A stretch of 64,000 nucleotides of DNA from Bacteroidota bacterium (GCA_016868785.1 VGFS01000003.1:9716-73715); one strand, 5' to 3'. Counted from the stretch's first letter, positions 1-9,889 are shown. Numbers and translations: made by a program. The notes: generated by a model from the letters alone, not told the origin.

Positions 1-425
1 AATGAATAACTCAAACTGCTCGCTGTTGCATCGGCCATCACATTGATTTCGGTGCTGTTGTCGAGCGCCAAATAAATCATTTGTTTCTCGTTGATTGCCA
101 AGGCACAGAAAATTAGCTCTTTTGTGCTTCCCTTCAAGGTGAAATCGCCTTTTTTGTCAGTGAGGACACTGTCGATAAAAATCAAATTCTCAGGAGTCAT
201 CTCGTACAGTGCCAACTTTTGGTTGGGTTTGTTTTTGAGATTGCCTTTCACGGTGTAGCCCTCGTTGGCCAATTCCAATGAAGAAGAGCGGGGTGTTATC
301 AGGTCGGTGAACCAGCTGTTTACGTCTTTTTTAACTTTTTCTGCATTGAGGTCAGAGCATTGAACCAATCCCAATGAAAGGGTCAGCAGACCCAGAGTAC
401 GGAGCGTTTTTTTCAATGTGCGCAT
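1..425 (-). CDS. Thiol-disulfide oxidoreductase-like lipoprotein, N-terminal part only (DUF4369-like domain); gene continues past the window edge
   Basis: Own translation of the minus strand from ATG 425..423: MRTLKKTLRTLGLLTLSLGLVQCSD (signal peptide plus Cys). It continues EGYTVKGNLKNKPNQKLALYEM...KKGDFTLKG, a pattern typical of the N-domain of TlpA/AhpC-type redoxins in Bacteroidota. The frame is open to position 1. It is absent from the ORF track because it is truncated. Confidence 0.5.
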   Translation of the reverse strand, partial: MRTLKKTLRTLGLLTLSLGLVQCSDLNAEKVKKDVNSWFTDLITPRSSSLELANEGYTVKGNLKNKPNQKLALYEMTPENLIFIDSVLTDKKGDFTLKGSTKELIFCALAINEKQMIYLALDNSTEINVMADATASSLSYS

Positions 426-431
426 GTTTTC

Positions 432-439
432 CAAAGGTA
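432..439 (-). promoter_or_regulatory. -7 promoter box TACCTTTG (consensus TAnnTTTG) for the redoxin-like gene, 6 nt from its ATG
   Basis: Exact TAnnTTTG match in intergenic DNA in the correct orientation. Confidence 0.5.
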
Positions 440-440
440 G

Positions 441-469
441 CAAAAATCGGCCCAAAAATTTCAGGGCCC
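441..469 (-). terminator. Candidate intrinsic terminator after truB
   Basis: On the minus strand there is a GGCCC / GGGCC 5-bp GC stem (449-453 pairs with 464-468) with a 10-nt loop, followed by GATTTTTG. It lies 13 nt after the truB stop. Confidence 0.4.
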
Positions 470-481
470 TGTAGCGAGGGG

Positions 482-1189
482 TTAAAGAACTTCTGTACGC
501 GGGTTTTTCGCTCTCCAAGCGTCTTCGAATTCTTGGGGTAAAACGGCGTTTTCGAGGCTGTGTTCGCCAATTTTTGTGCGTACCAAACGCGATAAATAAG
601 CCCCGGTATTCAGTGCTTTGCCAAAATCGTAAGCCAAAGAGCGGATATACGTGCCTTTGCTGCATCGCACCTGAAAATCGACTTCAGGCAATTCAATTCG
701 GGTAATATCGAAATCGTAAATACTGATACGCCTCGATTTCAATACTGTGGCATCGCCCTGTCTAGCCAACGTATAAGCACGCTTGCCATCGACCTTAATG
801 GCCGAAAATAGGGGTGGGATTTGCTCGATTTCTCCCAAGAATTGCTTCGTGGTTTCATGAATCAGCGCCTCGGTGATATGGTCTGTTGGAAAATGTTCAT
901 TGGGTTCGGTTTCCATGTCGTAACTGGGGGTTGTAGCGCCCAATGTGATGGTTCCCTCATACTCTTTTTCCGCGTCTTGAATGGCCTGTATGCCCTTGGT
1001 TTGCTGCTCGGTACAAATAATGAGCAACCCGCTGGCCAATGGGTCTAACGTGCCTGCGTGCCCTACTTTCTTTGCCCTGGTTACATATCGCACTTTTTTT
1101 ACCGCCTGGAAAGAAGTCCACCCATAGGGTTTGTTGATCAATAAAATTTCGCCTTTGGCACGGGCACTTGGGTTGGGTTTGTCCGACAT
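482..1189 (-). CDS. truB: tRNA pseudouridine(55) synthase TruB
   Basis: ORF 482..1195. It has the KPYGWTSF and VGHAGTLDPLASGLL motifs of TruB. The codon at 1195 is TTG and the first ATG is at 1189 (MSDKPN...). Confidence 0.9.
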   Translation of the reverse strand: MSDKPNPSARAKGEILLINKPYGWTSFQAVKKVRYVTRAKKVGHAGTLDPLASGLLIICTEQQTKGIQAIQDAEKEYEGTITLGATTPSYDMETEPNEHFPTDHITEALIHETTKQFLGEIEQIPPLFSAIKVDGKRAYTLARQGDATVLKSRRISIYDFDITRIELPEVDFQVRCSKGTYIRSLAYDFGKALNTGAYLSRLVRTKIGEHSLENAVLPQEFEDAWRAKNPRTEVL

Positions 1190-1195
1190 GGCCAA

Positions 1196-3232
1196 TTATT
1201 GTACGATGAATTTGAAAGATTGAGAATCTGATTTGGCCGACCAACGACCTTCTGTAAGCTGTAGTCTGAGGAAGTAAACGCCTTTGGGCAATCCCAGTGT
1301 GTGTAGGGCATAGCGATGGGTGCCAGGTTCAATGGAAATGCTAAAGCTCTGATCGCCGGCCAGGGCCAAGGTTTGATTTGCACTGGGCGATTTGGGGGCG
1401 ATGAGTTTTCCATCGGCTGTATAAATTTGGCCTTTGATGCTGGCGTGAACATCGTTTTGAATCTCAATTTGCACATTTTCTGTGGTAGGCACCGGAAACA
1501 CCCGCACGGAGGCTATGGGGTTATCAAAAACGGTGTCTTGCAGTTTTACCCGAGCCACATAGGCAAACATGCTGTTGGATTTACCCCAAGATCCGACCAA
1601 GTAAAAGACGCCCTTTTCATTAAATTTGGCTTGAATGCCTTCGTAGTCGCCCCAGCGCTGTTCTGCGGGTTTGATAAACGTGTAATTGATGATCGATTGT
1701 CCCTTTTTCAATATCTGATAATCGCTGTGTTCGCCGTAGCGGTTGATGAAGAATGCGCCGGTTCCGGGGAAGTGCTTGCTGCCCGAGAAAACGGAAGTTA
1801 CCACCATCGATGGGTCGAGTGGGTCGCTCTCGCTTTTGGGTTCTGCACCCGCTGCAGCCACGGCAGGATAACCAAAGTCCAAACTGTCGTTGGTATACAA
1901 ATGGGCTTGGATGGTTGCGCCACCGAGGTTCCAGCTGGCTGGCGGTTCTCCGGGGGTTCCGGTTTCGTTGATTGAAGCCATTTTTCCACTTGGCAATGTT
2001 AGGTTGTAGATGCTGCCGTGCATGATGTGTGCCTGCAACGTCTTGAAATTGAGGCAGTTTTGGAAATAGTGCAATTGAGAACCCATCCGAACGCCACTCA
2101 ATACACGGGCGTCGTTGGTTCGCAATCGGAAGGCGGTATCGGGTACCAAAGCGCTGGAGGGAAAGCCATACTTGAGCGGACTTTTGAATACGCCCAATTC
2201 GTAATTGGCCTGGCCACTGCGCAGGGTGTTGGTGATGCGATGCACAAAAACGGTGTCGTTTTCTTTGGTGTAGGGTCGAACACTCAGGAAATAGTTGTCG
2301 ACACCCCCGGGCATTGGGCCGTTCTGAATGGCGCAAATGCTCCAAATGGAAACGCCTTCGTATTTGATGTTGTGAAAGAAATTCTTGTTCAACGTATCGC
2401 CGCGGTAACCATCGTCTTTGTTCAATTGCCAAATAACCGCTTCCACAAATCCCTCTTCCCAAGAACTGCCGTTGTGCAACAGGTTTACGGTGAAGAATAA
2501 GTCTTCTTTGGTTTGACTTACGATGGGGTAGTCGCTCCAAACGCTGTCTTGGATTGGGGTTCCGGGAATTTTGTATACATTCCAGGGCTTTGTGGGGTCG
2601 TTGCTGCTCGAAAATCCAACGACAATAAAACTGGTTTTGTCGGTGGTTCCATGCATGTACAACACGATGTAGCGGTCTGTATAGGGGTCGTAAACCACCC
2701 GAGGATCATAGGTGCGATTCAGGGTAGGGATGGGGTCTTTTTTGATGTTTGGATTGAGTGCAAAATTCTCCAAAGTGAAGGCCTTGATAACCTTGCCGGT
2801 GTCGTTGTGAACCCGAATCACCGTGTTCATGACACTCACGATTTTGCCATCATTGCCCACGGCGATGTGGTTGTCGTTGGGGGTTCCAGCGCCTGGTGGG
2901 ACCTCAGTGCCCCTTTGCGGAACGGGCTTGGTGATGTTGGAGGGTGTGGGCCTGTCGTTGAGTATGCCGCGATTTTCAATGGCTTTTTGATGGAGTTTGG
3001 CGGTTCGCGCCGCATCGATTTGTTTACGCAAAGACTCGTTGATGCCTGTGGGCATGGGCATTTCCCCCATTTCGTCTGTGGGTACCAAAAAGACATCAGA
3101 ATCCGTGGATGGGTCGAACACGTGCGACAGCGCAGATTTGTGGTTGCGGAGGACTTCAACAGAGGAACCTGTTTGCGCTTGGGAGTGGCTGAAAATCAGG
3201 GACAGTCCCACAAAAACGAGGAGGCGTTTCAT
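1196..3232 (-). CDS. Secreted protein of unknown function with a T9SS C-terminal sorting domain
   Basis: ORF 1196..3250 starts with TTG. The ATG at 3232 gives the signal peptide MKRLLVFVGLSLIFSHSQAQ. The C-terminal ~90 aa (VRVFPVPTTENVQIEI...GVYFLRLQL) fit a T9SS type-A CTD. I do not recognise the body (YDPRVVYDP..., RWGDYEG). Confidence 0.8.
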   Translation of the reverse strand: MKRLLVFVGLSLIFSHSQAQTGSSVEVLRNHKSALSHVFDPSTDSDVFLVPTDEMGEMPMPTGINESLRKQIDAARTAKLHQKAIENRGILNDRPTPSNITKPVPQRGTEVPPGAGTPNDNHIAVGNDGKIVSVMNTVIRVHNDTGKVIKAFTLENFALNPNIKKDPIPTLNRTYDPRVVYDPYTDRYIVLYMHGTTDKTSFIVVGFSSSNDPTKPWNVYKIPGTPIQDSVWSDYPIVSQTKEDLFFTVNLLHNGSSWEEGFVEAVIWQLNKDDGYRGDTLNKNFFHNIKYEGVSIWSICAIQNGPMPGGVDNYFLSVRPYTKENDTVFVHRITNTLRSGQANYELGVFKSPLKYGFPSSALVPDTAFRLRTNDARVLSGVRMGSQLHYFQNCLNFKTLQAHIMHGSIYNLTLPSGKMASINETGTPGEPPASWNLGGATIQAHLYTNDSLDFGYPAVAAAGAEPKSESDPLDPSMVVTSVFSGSKHFPGTGAFFINRYGEHSDYQILKKGQSIINYTFIKPAEQRWGDYEGIQAKFNEKGVFYLVGSWGKSNSMFAYVARVKLQDTVFDNPIASVRVFPVPTTENVQIEIQNDVHASIKGQIYTADGKLIAPKSPSANQTLALAGDQSFSISIEPGTHRYALHTLGLPKGVYFLRLQLTEGRWSAKSDSQSFKFIVQ

Positions 3233-3278
3233 TGCGTGCAATTTACACAAATTTTACCAATGGCAAGGGCTGGGAAAT

Positions 3279-4355
3279 CTACCAAGCGTTAACTTCCATT
3301 TCCAGTTCGATGCCGAATTTTTGGAAGATATCGGCCTGTATTTCTTTGGCCAAAGCGATGATTTGCGCCCCAGTTCCTCCACCGTAATTTACTAGCACCA
3401 AGGCTTGTTTGGCGTGCACGCCAATGTTGTCTCGGCGATAGCCTTTCCATCCCCCTTTTTCGATGAGCCATCCTGCGGGTACTTTGGTGAAACCCTCACC
3501 AGCGGGGAAGGTTTTTAAATCGGGGTATTGGGCGAGCAGGGCGGGAATGATATCGCTGCTTACAACGGGGTTCTTGAAAAAGCTGCCGCAGTTGCCAATT
3601 TCCGCGGGGTTGGGTAATTTACTTTGTCGGATATGGATAACTGCATTGCTGATGTCGCGAATGCTAGGCTCTGCGATGCCCCAACCATCTAGGGTGGCTT
3701 GGATATCGCCGTATTGGGTACGGATTTCAGGGTGGGTACTCAGCCGAAATTGCACGGCGGTGATGAAATACTGTCCTTTTTTCTCCCGTTTGAAGACACT
3801 GTCGCGATACCCAAACCCACAGGCTTCTTTGTTGAGTACGTGAAATTCACCACTGGGGATATGAAATGCGGTGAGGGAATGAAAGCAGTCTTTAATTTCA
3901 ACCCCATAAGCGCCAATGTTTTGGATGGGACAGGCACCCACGGTACCGGGAATTAGGCTCAGGTTTTCCAGTCCTCCCCAGCCATTTTCAAGGGTGTAGA
4001 GGACGGTTTCATGCCAATTTTCACCACCGCCAAATTCCACCAATATGGTGTCGTTGGATTGATCGATGATTTTTTTACCGAGGATTTTGTTATGCAACAA
4101 CAATCCTTGAAAGTCTTGCGTAAAAGTGATATTGCTACCCCCGCCCAAAATGCCAAATGGCTGTTTCTTGAAGGATTCTGCTTGAAACAAAACGGGTAGG
4201 TCTTCGGGTGATTCAATGGGTAGATATTGGAGCGCAACAACATCAAACCCAAAGGTGTTGAAAGACTTTAACGATTGGTTTTGGGTGTGGGAAAGTCCTG
4301 TCACGGTCCGCGAATATTGGGGTTGTATTATTGGTTTTGTCCAACAGTTCGGCAA
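3279..4355 (-). CDS. murB: UDP-N-acetylenolpyruvoylglucosamine reductase MurB
   Basis: LKSFNTFG, GGGSNI and LIPGTVGACPIQNIGAYGVE motifs. The start is uncertain: 4355 is TTG, and an in-frame GTG at 4304 would give (M)TGLSHTQNQSLKSFNTFG. Confidence 0.9.
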   Translation of the reverse strand: MPNCWTKPIIQPQYSRTVTGLSHTQNQSLKSFNTFGFDVVALQYLPIESPEDLPVLFQAESFKKQPFGILGGGSNITFTQDFQGLLLHNKILGKKIIDQSNDTILVEFGGGENWHETVLYTLENGWGGLENLSLIPGTVGACPIQNIGAYGVEIKDCFHSLTAFHIPSGEFHVLNKEACGFGYRDSVFKREKKGQYFITAVQFRLSTHPEIRTQYGDIQATLDGWGIAEPSIRDISNAVIHIRQSKLPNPAEIGNCGSFFKNPVVSSDIIPALLAQYPDLKTFPAGEGFTKVPAGWLIEKGGWKGYRRDNIGVHAKQALVLVNYGGGTGAQIIALAKEIQADIFQKFGIELEMEVNAW

Positions 4356-4373
4356 AGTACGATGCTTTTACAT

Positions 4374-4381
4374 TAATTTTG
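4374..4381 (+). promoter_or_regulatory. -7 box TAATTTTG, 16 nt upstream of ATG 4398
   Basis: Exact TAnnTTTG match in intergenic DNA. Confidence 0.5.
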
Positions 4382-4397
4382 TCAAAATTGTTTCTTC

Positions 4398-5576
4398 ATG
4401 AAGTTAAGAAAATTATTAGTTTGTGCCTTCTTGGTATTGATTATTTACAAAGTTAACGCCCAAGGTTGCGTGGCCGTACGCGGGTTTGGCGGTTGTGGTG
4501 TTGCTGGAGGCTCGGGCCTTGCCCTCGCCCCAAAACAATGGCAAGTAGGTGTAAATTATCGATATTTTAAATCGTTCCGCCACTTCAAAGGAGATGAAGA
4601 GCAATACGATCGTCTGGTAAAACAAACCCAAGTAATTAATTACTCAAATACCGAAGAAATTTCAGCTTCTATGGGATTGTCGCTCCGTACACAGCTAAAT
4701 GTGAGTTTGCCGGTTTCGTATACGGATAGGTCGAGCTATTATGAGCATGGTGGACAGTCGCCGACTTTCCCAGGTGCTAGAAAAACCTCTACATCAGCCG
4801 GTATTGGAGACGCAAGAATTGGTGTGAGCAAGTGGATATGGAATCCGGTATCTCATACCAAAAGCAATTTGATGTTGGGTGTGGGATTGAAATTGCCTAC
4901 CGGAGATTGGAATGTTCAGGACAGCTTTTACAATGTTTTAGTGACGGACCCATCAACGGGTCTTTCCTCGCGTAAGACCGTTTACCGTCCGGTAGATCAA
5001 AGCATTCAATTGGGCGATGGGGGCCTTGGTTTGTCTATGGAAATGCAAGGTTTTTGGGAAATGGCCGACGGGTTGTTTGCCTACGGGAATGCCTTTTATA
5101 TCCTGAATCCTCGAGGGGTCAATGGTACAATGACAAATAGACGTACCACCATCGTGGTGAATGGGGTGTCTCAGGTTTTTACAAACGAATACATGTGTTC
5201 TGTGGCCGATCAATATGCAGCCCGACTTGGGTTTTTATCACAATCACAGTTGCATGGTCTGTCGTTTTCTTGGGGTGCACGATTAGAAGGGGTACCTGTG
5301 CGAGACTTGGTGGGAGAGAGTTATGGCTTCCGTAGACCGGGTTATACCATCGCGGCAGAGCCCGGAGTTACCTACATGAAAGGTAAAACTACTTTGAATT
5401 TCAACATGCCAATTGCATTGTATCGCATTCGTAAACAATCTGTTACCGATAAAGAGGTGCAGGATGCTACAGGCGTTGCCCGCAATGGAGATGCCGCATT
5501 TGCCGATTACCTCATTTCTTTGGGTGTTACGTATCGCTTGGATGCGCCCAAACCCAAAGGCATATTACCAAAATGA
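4398..5576 (+). CDS. Outer-membrane beta-barrel protein (MetA-pathway/phenol-degradation-like transporter family suspected)
   Basis: Signal peptide MKLRKLLVCAFLVLIIYKVNAQ, alternating-hydrophobic strands throughout, and GDARIGVSKW / GLKLPTGD motifs. The family assignment is from memory only. Confidence 0.75.
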   Translation: MKLRKLLVCAFLVLIIYKVNAQGCVAVRGFGGCGVAGGSGLALAPKQWQVGVNYRYFKSFRHFKGDEEQYDRLVKQTQVINYSNTEEISASMGLSLRTQLNVSLPVSYTDRSSYYEHGGQSPTFPGARKTSTSAGIGDARIGVSKWIWNPVSHTKSNLMLGVGLKLPTGDWNVQDSFYNVLVTDPSTGLSSRKTVYRPVDQSIQLGDGGLGLSMEMQGFWEMADGLFAYGNAFYILNPRGVNGTMTNRRTTIVVNGVSQVFTNEYMCSVADQYAARLGFLSQSQLHGLSFSWGARLEGVPVRDLVGESYGFRRPGYTIAAEPGVTYMKGKTTLNFNMPIALYRIRKQSVTDKEVQDATGVARNGDAAFADYLISLGVTYRLDAPKPKGILPK

Positions 5577-5651
5577 TAAGAAACGTTTTGTTTAACCTTT
5601 TTTATTGAAAAAATCATTTAATTACACAAAACCTTTATTGTGTTGCCGTGT

Positions 5652-5659
5652 TAAATTTG
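5652..5659 (+). promoter_or_regulatory. -7 box TAAATTTG for the crtZ-crtI-crtB operon, 15 nt upstream of ATG 5675
   Basis: Exact TAnnTTTG match. It lies downstream of the GTG at 5648 used by the ORF track, which argues for the ATG 5675 start. Confidence 0.5.
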
Positions 5660-5674
5660 GGAATCGTTAATAAA

Positions 5675-6121
5675 ATGGTTAATTTTCTCATAGTACTTCT
5701 CTTTTTCTTTTTCATGGAATTTGTGGCTTGGTTTTCCCACAAGTACGTGATGCACGGCTTCATGTGGTTTTGGCATGAAAGCCATCACAAACCCAGAAAA
5801 GGGGTTTTCGAACTCAACGATTTGTTCGGTTTTATGTTTGCCATTCCCTCGGCTTGGCTCATCATTTTGGGCGCTGCAGATTACGATTGGCGCTTTTTTG
5901 CAGGGTTGGGCATCGCCCTGTACGGCTTGGCTTATTTTTTGGTTCACGACGTTTTTGTACATCAGCGGGTGAAATGGCTGCGTGCCGCTCGTTCCCGATA
6001 TTTCAAAGCGATGCGCAGAACCCATCATTTGCACCATGAAGTGCATACCAAAGAGGGGGCCGAGGCTTTTGGATTTTTATATGTTCCAAAAAGATATTTA
6101 AATAAATACGGTCGTGACTAA
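5675..6121 (+). CDS. crtZ: Beta-carotene 3-hydroxylase CrtZ
   Basis: Histidine boxes HKYVMH, HESHH, HDVFVH and HHLHH in a small membrane protein. Confidence 0.9.
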   Translation: MVNFLIVLLFFFFMEFVAWFSHKYVMHGFMWFWHESHHKPRKGVFELNDLFGFMFAIPSAWLIILGAADYDWRFFAGLGIALYGLAYFLVHDVFVHQRVKWLRAARSRYFKAMRRTHHLHHEVHTKEGAEAFGFLYVPKRYLNKYGRD

Positions 6122-7586
6122 GTCAGTAATTATAGTAGGTGCGGGATTGGGTGGCTTGTCAACGGCCCTGCGGTTGAGTTATAAAGGTTACCAGGTAACC
6201 ATGATTGAAAAGCAGGATATTCCGGGTGGCCGACTTCATTTGTTGAAGAAAGACGGTTTTACCTTTGATGTGGGTCCATCTTTCTTTTCGATGAGTTATG
6301 AGTTCAAAGAATTGTTTGATTCCATTGGTGAGCCCATTCCATTCGCGCTCAATGAATTGAATCCGTTGTATACCGTAAACATGGCGGGAAGCGACCGCGT
6401 ATTTCAGATCTACAAAGATTTGGATCGACTTGCCGAGGAATTCAAAGGCATCGAAAGTGATTTTGAGTCAAAAGTGCGTGGGTATTTGAAAGGGGCGAAG
6501 GAGATATTTCACGACACCGAATACAAAATTATCAAGCGCAATTTCGACAACATCGTGTCCTATGCCTTGAGTATGGCTACCGTTCCAATGAAACACTTGC
6601 CCAAGATGTTTCGGACTTTTTGGGCGGAGTTGGAACGACATTTTGAAAGTGAAGAGGTAAAAATTATTTTCTCGTTGGTGGCTTTCTTTTTGGGTGCCAC
6701 CCCGTTTAATACGCCCAGTGTTTACAATCTGTTGAACTACACGGAACTGGAGCACGATGGCTATTGGAACGTGAAAGGCGGGATGTATAAAATTGTAGAA
6801 GGCATCATGGGATTGCTCGAGAAAAAGGGCGTGAAAATGATTTACAACACAGAAATCACCTCGGTGCAACACAGCGGCGGGAAGATGGTTTCGGTGACTG
6901 ATTCTCAAGGACAAGTCTATCGGGCAGATTTGTTCGTGGTGAATGCCGATGCTGCTTGGTTTAGAGGCAAGTTTTTGAATCGGGCCAAATACACGGAAGC
7001 GAAATTGGATAAAATGGAATGGACGCTCGCGCCTTTTACCATTTATCTGGGTGTGAAAGGAACCATTCCAGGAATTCACCACCACAATTATTTTCTGGGC
7101 GACAATTTCCGGGCTTATGCGGATACCATTTTCAGAAGTACTGTGGCCCCTGAAAAACCTTACTACTACGTGAATGTGGCCAGCAAAAGCAATCCCGATT
7201 GCGCTCCAGCAGGTTGTGAGAATTTGTTCATCCTTTGTCCCGTCCCCGATTTGCGAGTAAAGCCAGATTGGAGCGATGCCAATAAGTTGGTGGAGGAGAT
7301 CATTGAGGATTTGGGCAAACGGGTGAATTTTGATATCAAAAACAATATCCTCACACAAGTTGTTCATACACCCAACGAGTGGCAGAAGATGTTTAATTTG
7401 TACAAAGGCAGTGGATTGGGATTGGCGCACGGTTTGAATCAAATTGGGTCGTTGAGACCGGCCAACAAAGACGAAAAATTAAGCAACGTCTATTATGTTG
7501 GTGCCAGTACCCACCCCGGAACAGGTTTGCCCATTGTGGTCATCGGCTCGCGCTTGGTAACAGAAAGGATAGTAAATGAGCATTAA
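6114..7586 (+). CDS. crtI: Phytoene desaturase family protein (CrtI; CrtD-type not excluded)
   Basis: N-terminal FAD fold VIIVGAGLGGLSTALRL...IEKQDIPGGR. GTG start that overlaps the crtZ stop by 8 nt, and the 3' end overlaps crtB by 11 nt. Confidence 0.85.
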   Translation: MTKSVIIVGAGLGGLSTALRLSYKGYQVTMIEKQDIPGGRLHLLKKDGFTFDVGPSFFSMSYEFKELFDSIGEPIPFALNELNPLYTVNMAGSDRVFQIYKDLDRLAEEFKGIESDFESKVRGYLKGAKEIFHDTEYKIIKRNFDNIVSYALSMATVPMKHLPKMFRTFWAELERHFESEEVKIIFSLVAFFLGATPFNTPSVYNLLNYTELEHDGYWNVKGGMYKIVEGIMGLLEKKGVKMIYNTEITSVQHSGGKMVSVTDSQGQVYRADLFVVNADAAWFRGKFLNRAKYTEAKLDKMEWTLAPFTIYLGVKGTIPGIHHHNYFLGDNFRAYADTIFRSTVAPEKPYYYVNVASKSNPDCAPAGCENLFILCPVPDLRVKPDWSDANKLVEEIIEDLGKRVNFDIKNNILTQVVHTPNEWQKMFNLYKGSGLGLAHGLNQIGSLRPANKDEKLSNVYYVGASTHPGTGLPIVVIGSRLVTERIVNEH

Positions 7587-8415
7587 ACTGTTTGATGATA
7601 CATCGATCGCCATGAGTCGGAAGTTGGCGCTGAATTACAGCACCAGTTTCTCCTTGGGGATTCGTTTGCTGTCGAAGGATTGCCGTTGGGCGGTATTTTC
7701 CATTTACGGATTGGTGCGCGTGGCGGATGAGATTGTGGATACCTTTCACGGGTACGACAAACAACGTTTGCTTTCCGATTTCAAGGCACAGACCTATCAG
7801 TCCATTGAGGAAGGGATCAGTACCAACCCCGTGTTGCATGCTTTTCAATTGGCAGCCAATCAATTTGGCATCGGAAAAAATTTGATCGAGCCTTTTTTCA
7901 ATTCTATGGAAGAGGACTTGGACACCAGCGCCCACAATGCTGAAAGCTATTCAGAATACATTTACGGTAGCGCGGAAGTGGTTGGGTTGATGTGTTTGAA
8001 GGTCTTTTGCAGTGGCGATGAAGCCCAATACAACCATTTGATGCCCTATGCCCGCAGTTTGGGATCCGCATTTCAAAAAGTGAATTTCTTGCGCGATATC
8101 CGTTCGGATGTGTATGAAAGAGGTCGGGTGTATTTCCCCGGTGTAGATTTCAATCACTTCTCGGATGAGGATAAATATAACATCATTCAAGACGTGAAAA
8201 AGGATTTCGCCCATGCATACAAAGGCATCGTGATGTTGCCAGTTGGATGTCGTTTGGGTGTCTATACGGCCTACATCTATTACCTTAAGCTGCTCGAAAA
8301 AATTGAGCGCACAACGGCTGTTGACATTCTTGAAAGTCGCGTTCGAATCCCCAATTCGCAAAAAATCGCCCTGTTGGCAAAGAGTTTTGTGCGCGAGAAA
8401 TTGATGAGCGCTTAG
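7576..8415 (+). CDS. crtB: Phytoene synthase CrtB
   Basis: YSTSFSLG, IYGLVRVADEIVD and YGSAEVVGLM motifs of squalene/phytoene synthases. Confidence 0.9.
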   Translation: MSIKLFDDTSIAMSRKLALNYSTSFSLGIRLLSKDCRWAVFSIYGLVRVADEIVDTFHGYDKQRLLSDFKAQTYQSIEEGISTNPVLHAFQLAANQFGIGKNLIEPFFNSMEEDLDTSAHNAESYSEYIYGSAEVVGLMCLKVFCSGDEAQYNHLMPYARSLGSAFQKVNFLRDIRSDVYERGRVYFPGVDFNHFSDEDKYNIIQDVKKDFAHAYKGIVMLPVGCRLGVYTAYIYYLKLLEKIERTTAVDILESRVRIPNSQKIALLAKSFVREKLMSA

Positions 8416-9767
8416 CCGAATAACCAGCTGAAGACTTCGTCGATCCGACCAAAACTGTGCACCTTGATTTTGCCAGTGTGTTCTTGGTTGAATTTGTTGT
8501 ATTTGGAGATTACGATGTCTGTGAATCCCAATTTTTCTGCTTCTGCGATGCGTTGTTCTACCCGTTGAACGGCCCTAACCTCGCCACTTAATCCTACTTC
8601 GGCTGAAAAAACGCATTTTGTGGGGAGGGGCTCAGAATAAAAGCTGCTCATGATGGCTGCCATCAAACCCAAATCCAAGGCTGGGTCTTCCAGTCGCAAT
8701 CCTCCCGCCAAGTTTACAAATACATCCTGCTGACCCAGTTTGAAACCACATCGTTTTTCCAAAACGGCCAATAGCATGTTGAGGCGTCTGAGGTCGTATC
8801 CCGTGGCAGACCGCTGAGGCGTGCCATAAACCGCGGTGCTCACCAGGGCTTGGGTTTCGAGCAGTAATGGACGTACGCCCTCCAGGACCGCCGCGATGCC
8901 AATGCCCGACAAAACCTCTTCGCGTTGGGCAAGCCAAATTTCAGAGGGGTTTTTCACGCCCTTGAGTCCGCCGCCATGCATCTCATAAATGCCCAATTCT
9001 TGGGTGCTTCCGAAACGATTTTTGAGCGTACGAATGATGCGGTAGGCGTGGTGTCTATCGCCTTCAAATTGCAGCACGGTGTCAACCATGTGCTCCAGGA
9101 TTTTGGGTCCGGCCAAGTTGCCATCTTTGGTGATGTGTCCTAACAGGAAAACGGGTACATCGTTTTCTTTGGCAAATTGCAGCAGTTGTCCGGCACACTC
9201 TCGAATTTGAGAAACGCTGCCGGGCGTGGCATCCAATAGGTCGCTGTACAGCGTTTGGATGGAGTCAATGATCAGCAATTCTGGGGTGTCGTTGTCGAGC
9301 ACCGCTTTGATATTTTCGAGCAGGGTTTCTGTCAAGACCTCACAGTCGCTGCTGCCAAGGCCCAAGCGTTCTGCCCGCAATTTGATTTGGGTTTCACTTT
9401 CTTCTCCCGATACATAGAGGGTTTTGGCGCTTGTTTGCAGTGCGATTTGCAGCAGCAAGGTGCTCTTTCCGATACCGGGTTCGCCGCCGAGTAAAATTAC
9501 CGCACCGGGCACGAGTCCGCCACCCAACACTAAGTTGAGTTCTTCATCGGGCAGGATCAATCTCTCCGATTCGCTCGCTTCGATGGACCTCATGGCTTTG
9601 GGTTCTGCGATTTTACGTCCGCTTTTTCTCCAGGCCGTGGTTTGTTTGGTGGGTTTGATTTCTTCGATGAAGGTGTTCCACTCGTTGCAACCCGGACATT
9701 TGCCGATCCATTTGGGGCTTTCAAATCCGCAAGATTTGCAGAAAAAGGTGGTTTTGGCTTTGCTCAT
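8412..9767 (-). CDS. radA: DNA repair protein RadA
   Basis: N-terminal zinc ribbon CKSCGFESPKWIGKCPGCNEWNTF, Walker A GGEPGIGKST, and a Lon-like C-terminus. Confidence 0.95.
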   Translation of the reverse strand: MSKAKTTFFCKSCGFESPKWIGKCPGCNEWNTFIEEIKPTKQTTAWRKSGRKIAEPKAMRSIEASESERLILPDEELNLVLGGGLVPGAVILLGGEPGIGKSTLLLQIALQTSAKTLYVSGEESETQIKLRAERLGLGSSDCEVLTETLLENIKAVLDNDTPELLIIDSIQTLYSDLLDATPGSVSQIRECAGQLLQFAKENDVPVFLLGHITKDGNLAGPKILEHMVDTVLQFEGDRHHAYRIIRTLKNRFGSTQELGIYEMHGGGLKGVKNPSEIWLAQREEVLSGIGIAAVLEGVRPLLLETQALVSTAVYGTPQRSATGYDLRRLNMLLAVLEKRCGFKLGQQDVFVNLAGGLRLEDPALDLGLMAAIMSSFYSEPLPTKCVFSAEVGLSGEVRAVQRVEQRIAEAEKLGFTDIVISKYNKFNQEHTGKIKVHSFGRIDEVFSWLFG

Positions 9768-9874
9768 GGTGCTCGTTGTATGGGTGCGGGGTGGGTGTAC
9801 AAAGATGGGAAATGCGATTCAAATTTGTTTTAGAAACAATCTAAATAAGGTGGGAAATTCGGGGAAAGTTTCGT

Positions 9875-9882
9875 TAATTTTG
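9875..9882 (+). promoter_or_regulatory. -7 box TAATTTTG, 7 nt upstream of ATG 9890
   Basis: Exact TAnnTTTG match in intergenic DNA. Confidence 0.5.
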
Positions 9883-9889
9883 TGGTGTC

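Noticed and set aside
352-570. A 72-aa ORF spanning the truB 3' end and the truB-redoxin spacer.
   Set aside because: It overlaps truB and the terminator/promoter region, and its sequence is not protein-like. The partial redoxin-like CDS explains the region better.
3409-3424. TTGGC-N6-GCCAA palindromes inside genes: TTGGCGTGCACGCCAA in murB, and ATTGGCTTCAATGCCAAT in dnaN at 39341-39358.
   Set aside because: The spacing differs from the two intergenic sites (N6 rather than N7), and both are inside coding regions rich in TTG-GCx and GCC-AAx codons. I regard them as by-products of the abundant half-site pentamers. They do temper the statistics of the intergenic pair.
6468-7442. Very long antisense ORFs inside real genes. 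Examples are 324 aa opposite crtI, 246 aa opposite mutS2 (42359-43099), 254 aa opposite glmM (54724-55488), 259 aa opposite the 1196-3232 gene (2513-3292), and 222 aa opposite fadD (11192-11860).
   Set aside because: Their translations are low-complexity, rich in R/H/Q/P/C, with no motifs, signal peptides or promoters. The codon-aligned antisense frame stays open simply because the sense genes rarely use TTA, CTA and TCA codons. I treat them as codon-bias artefacts.
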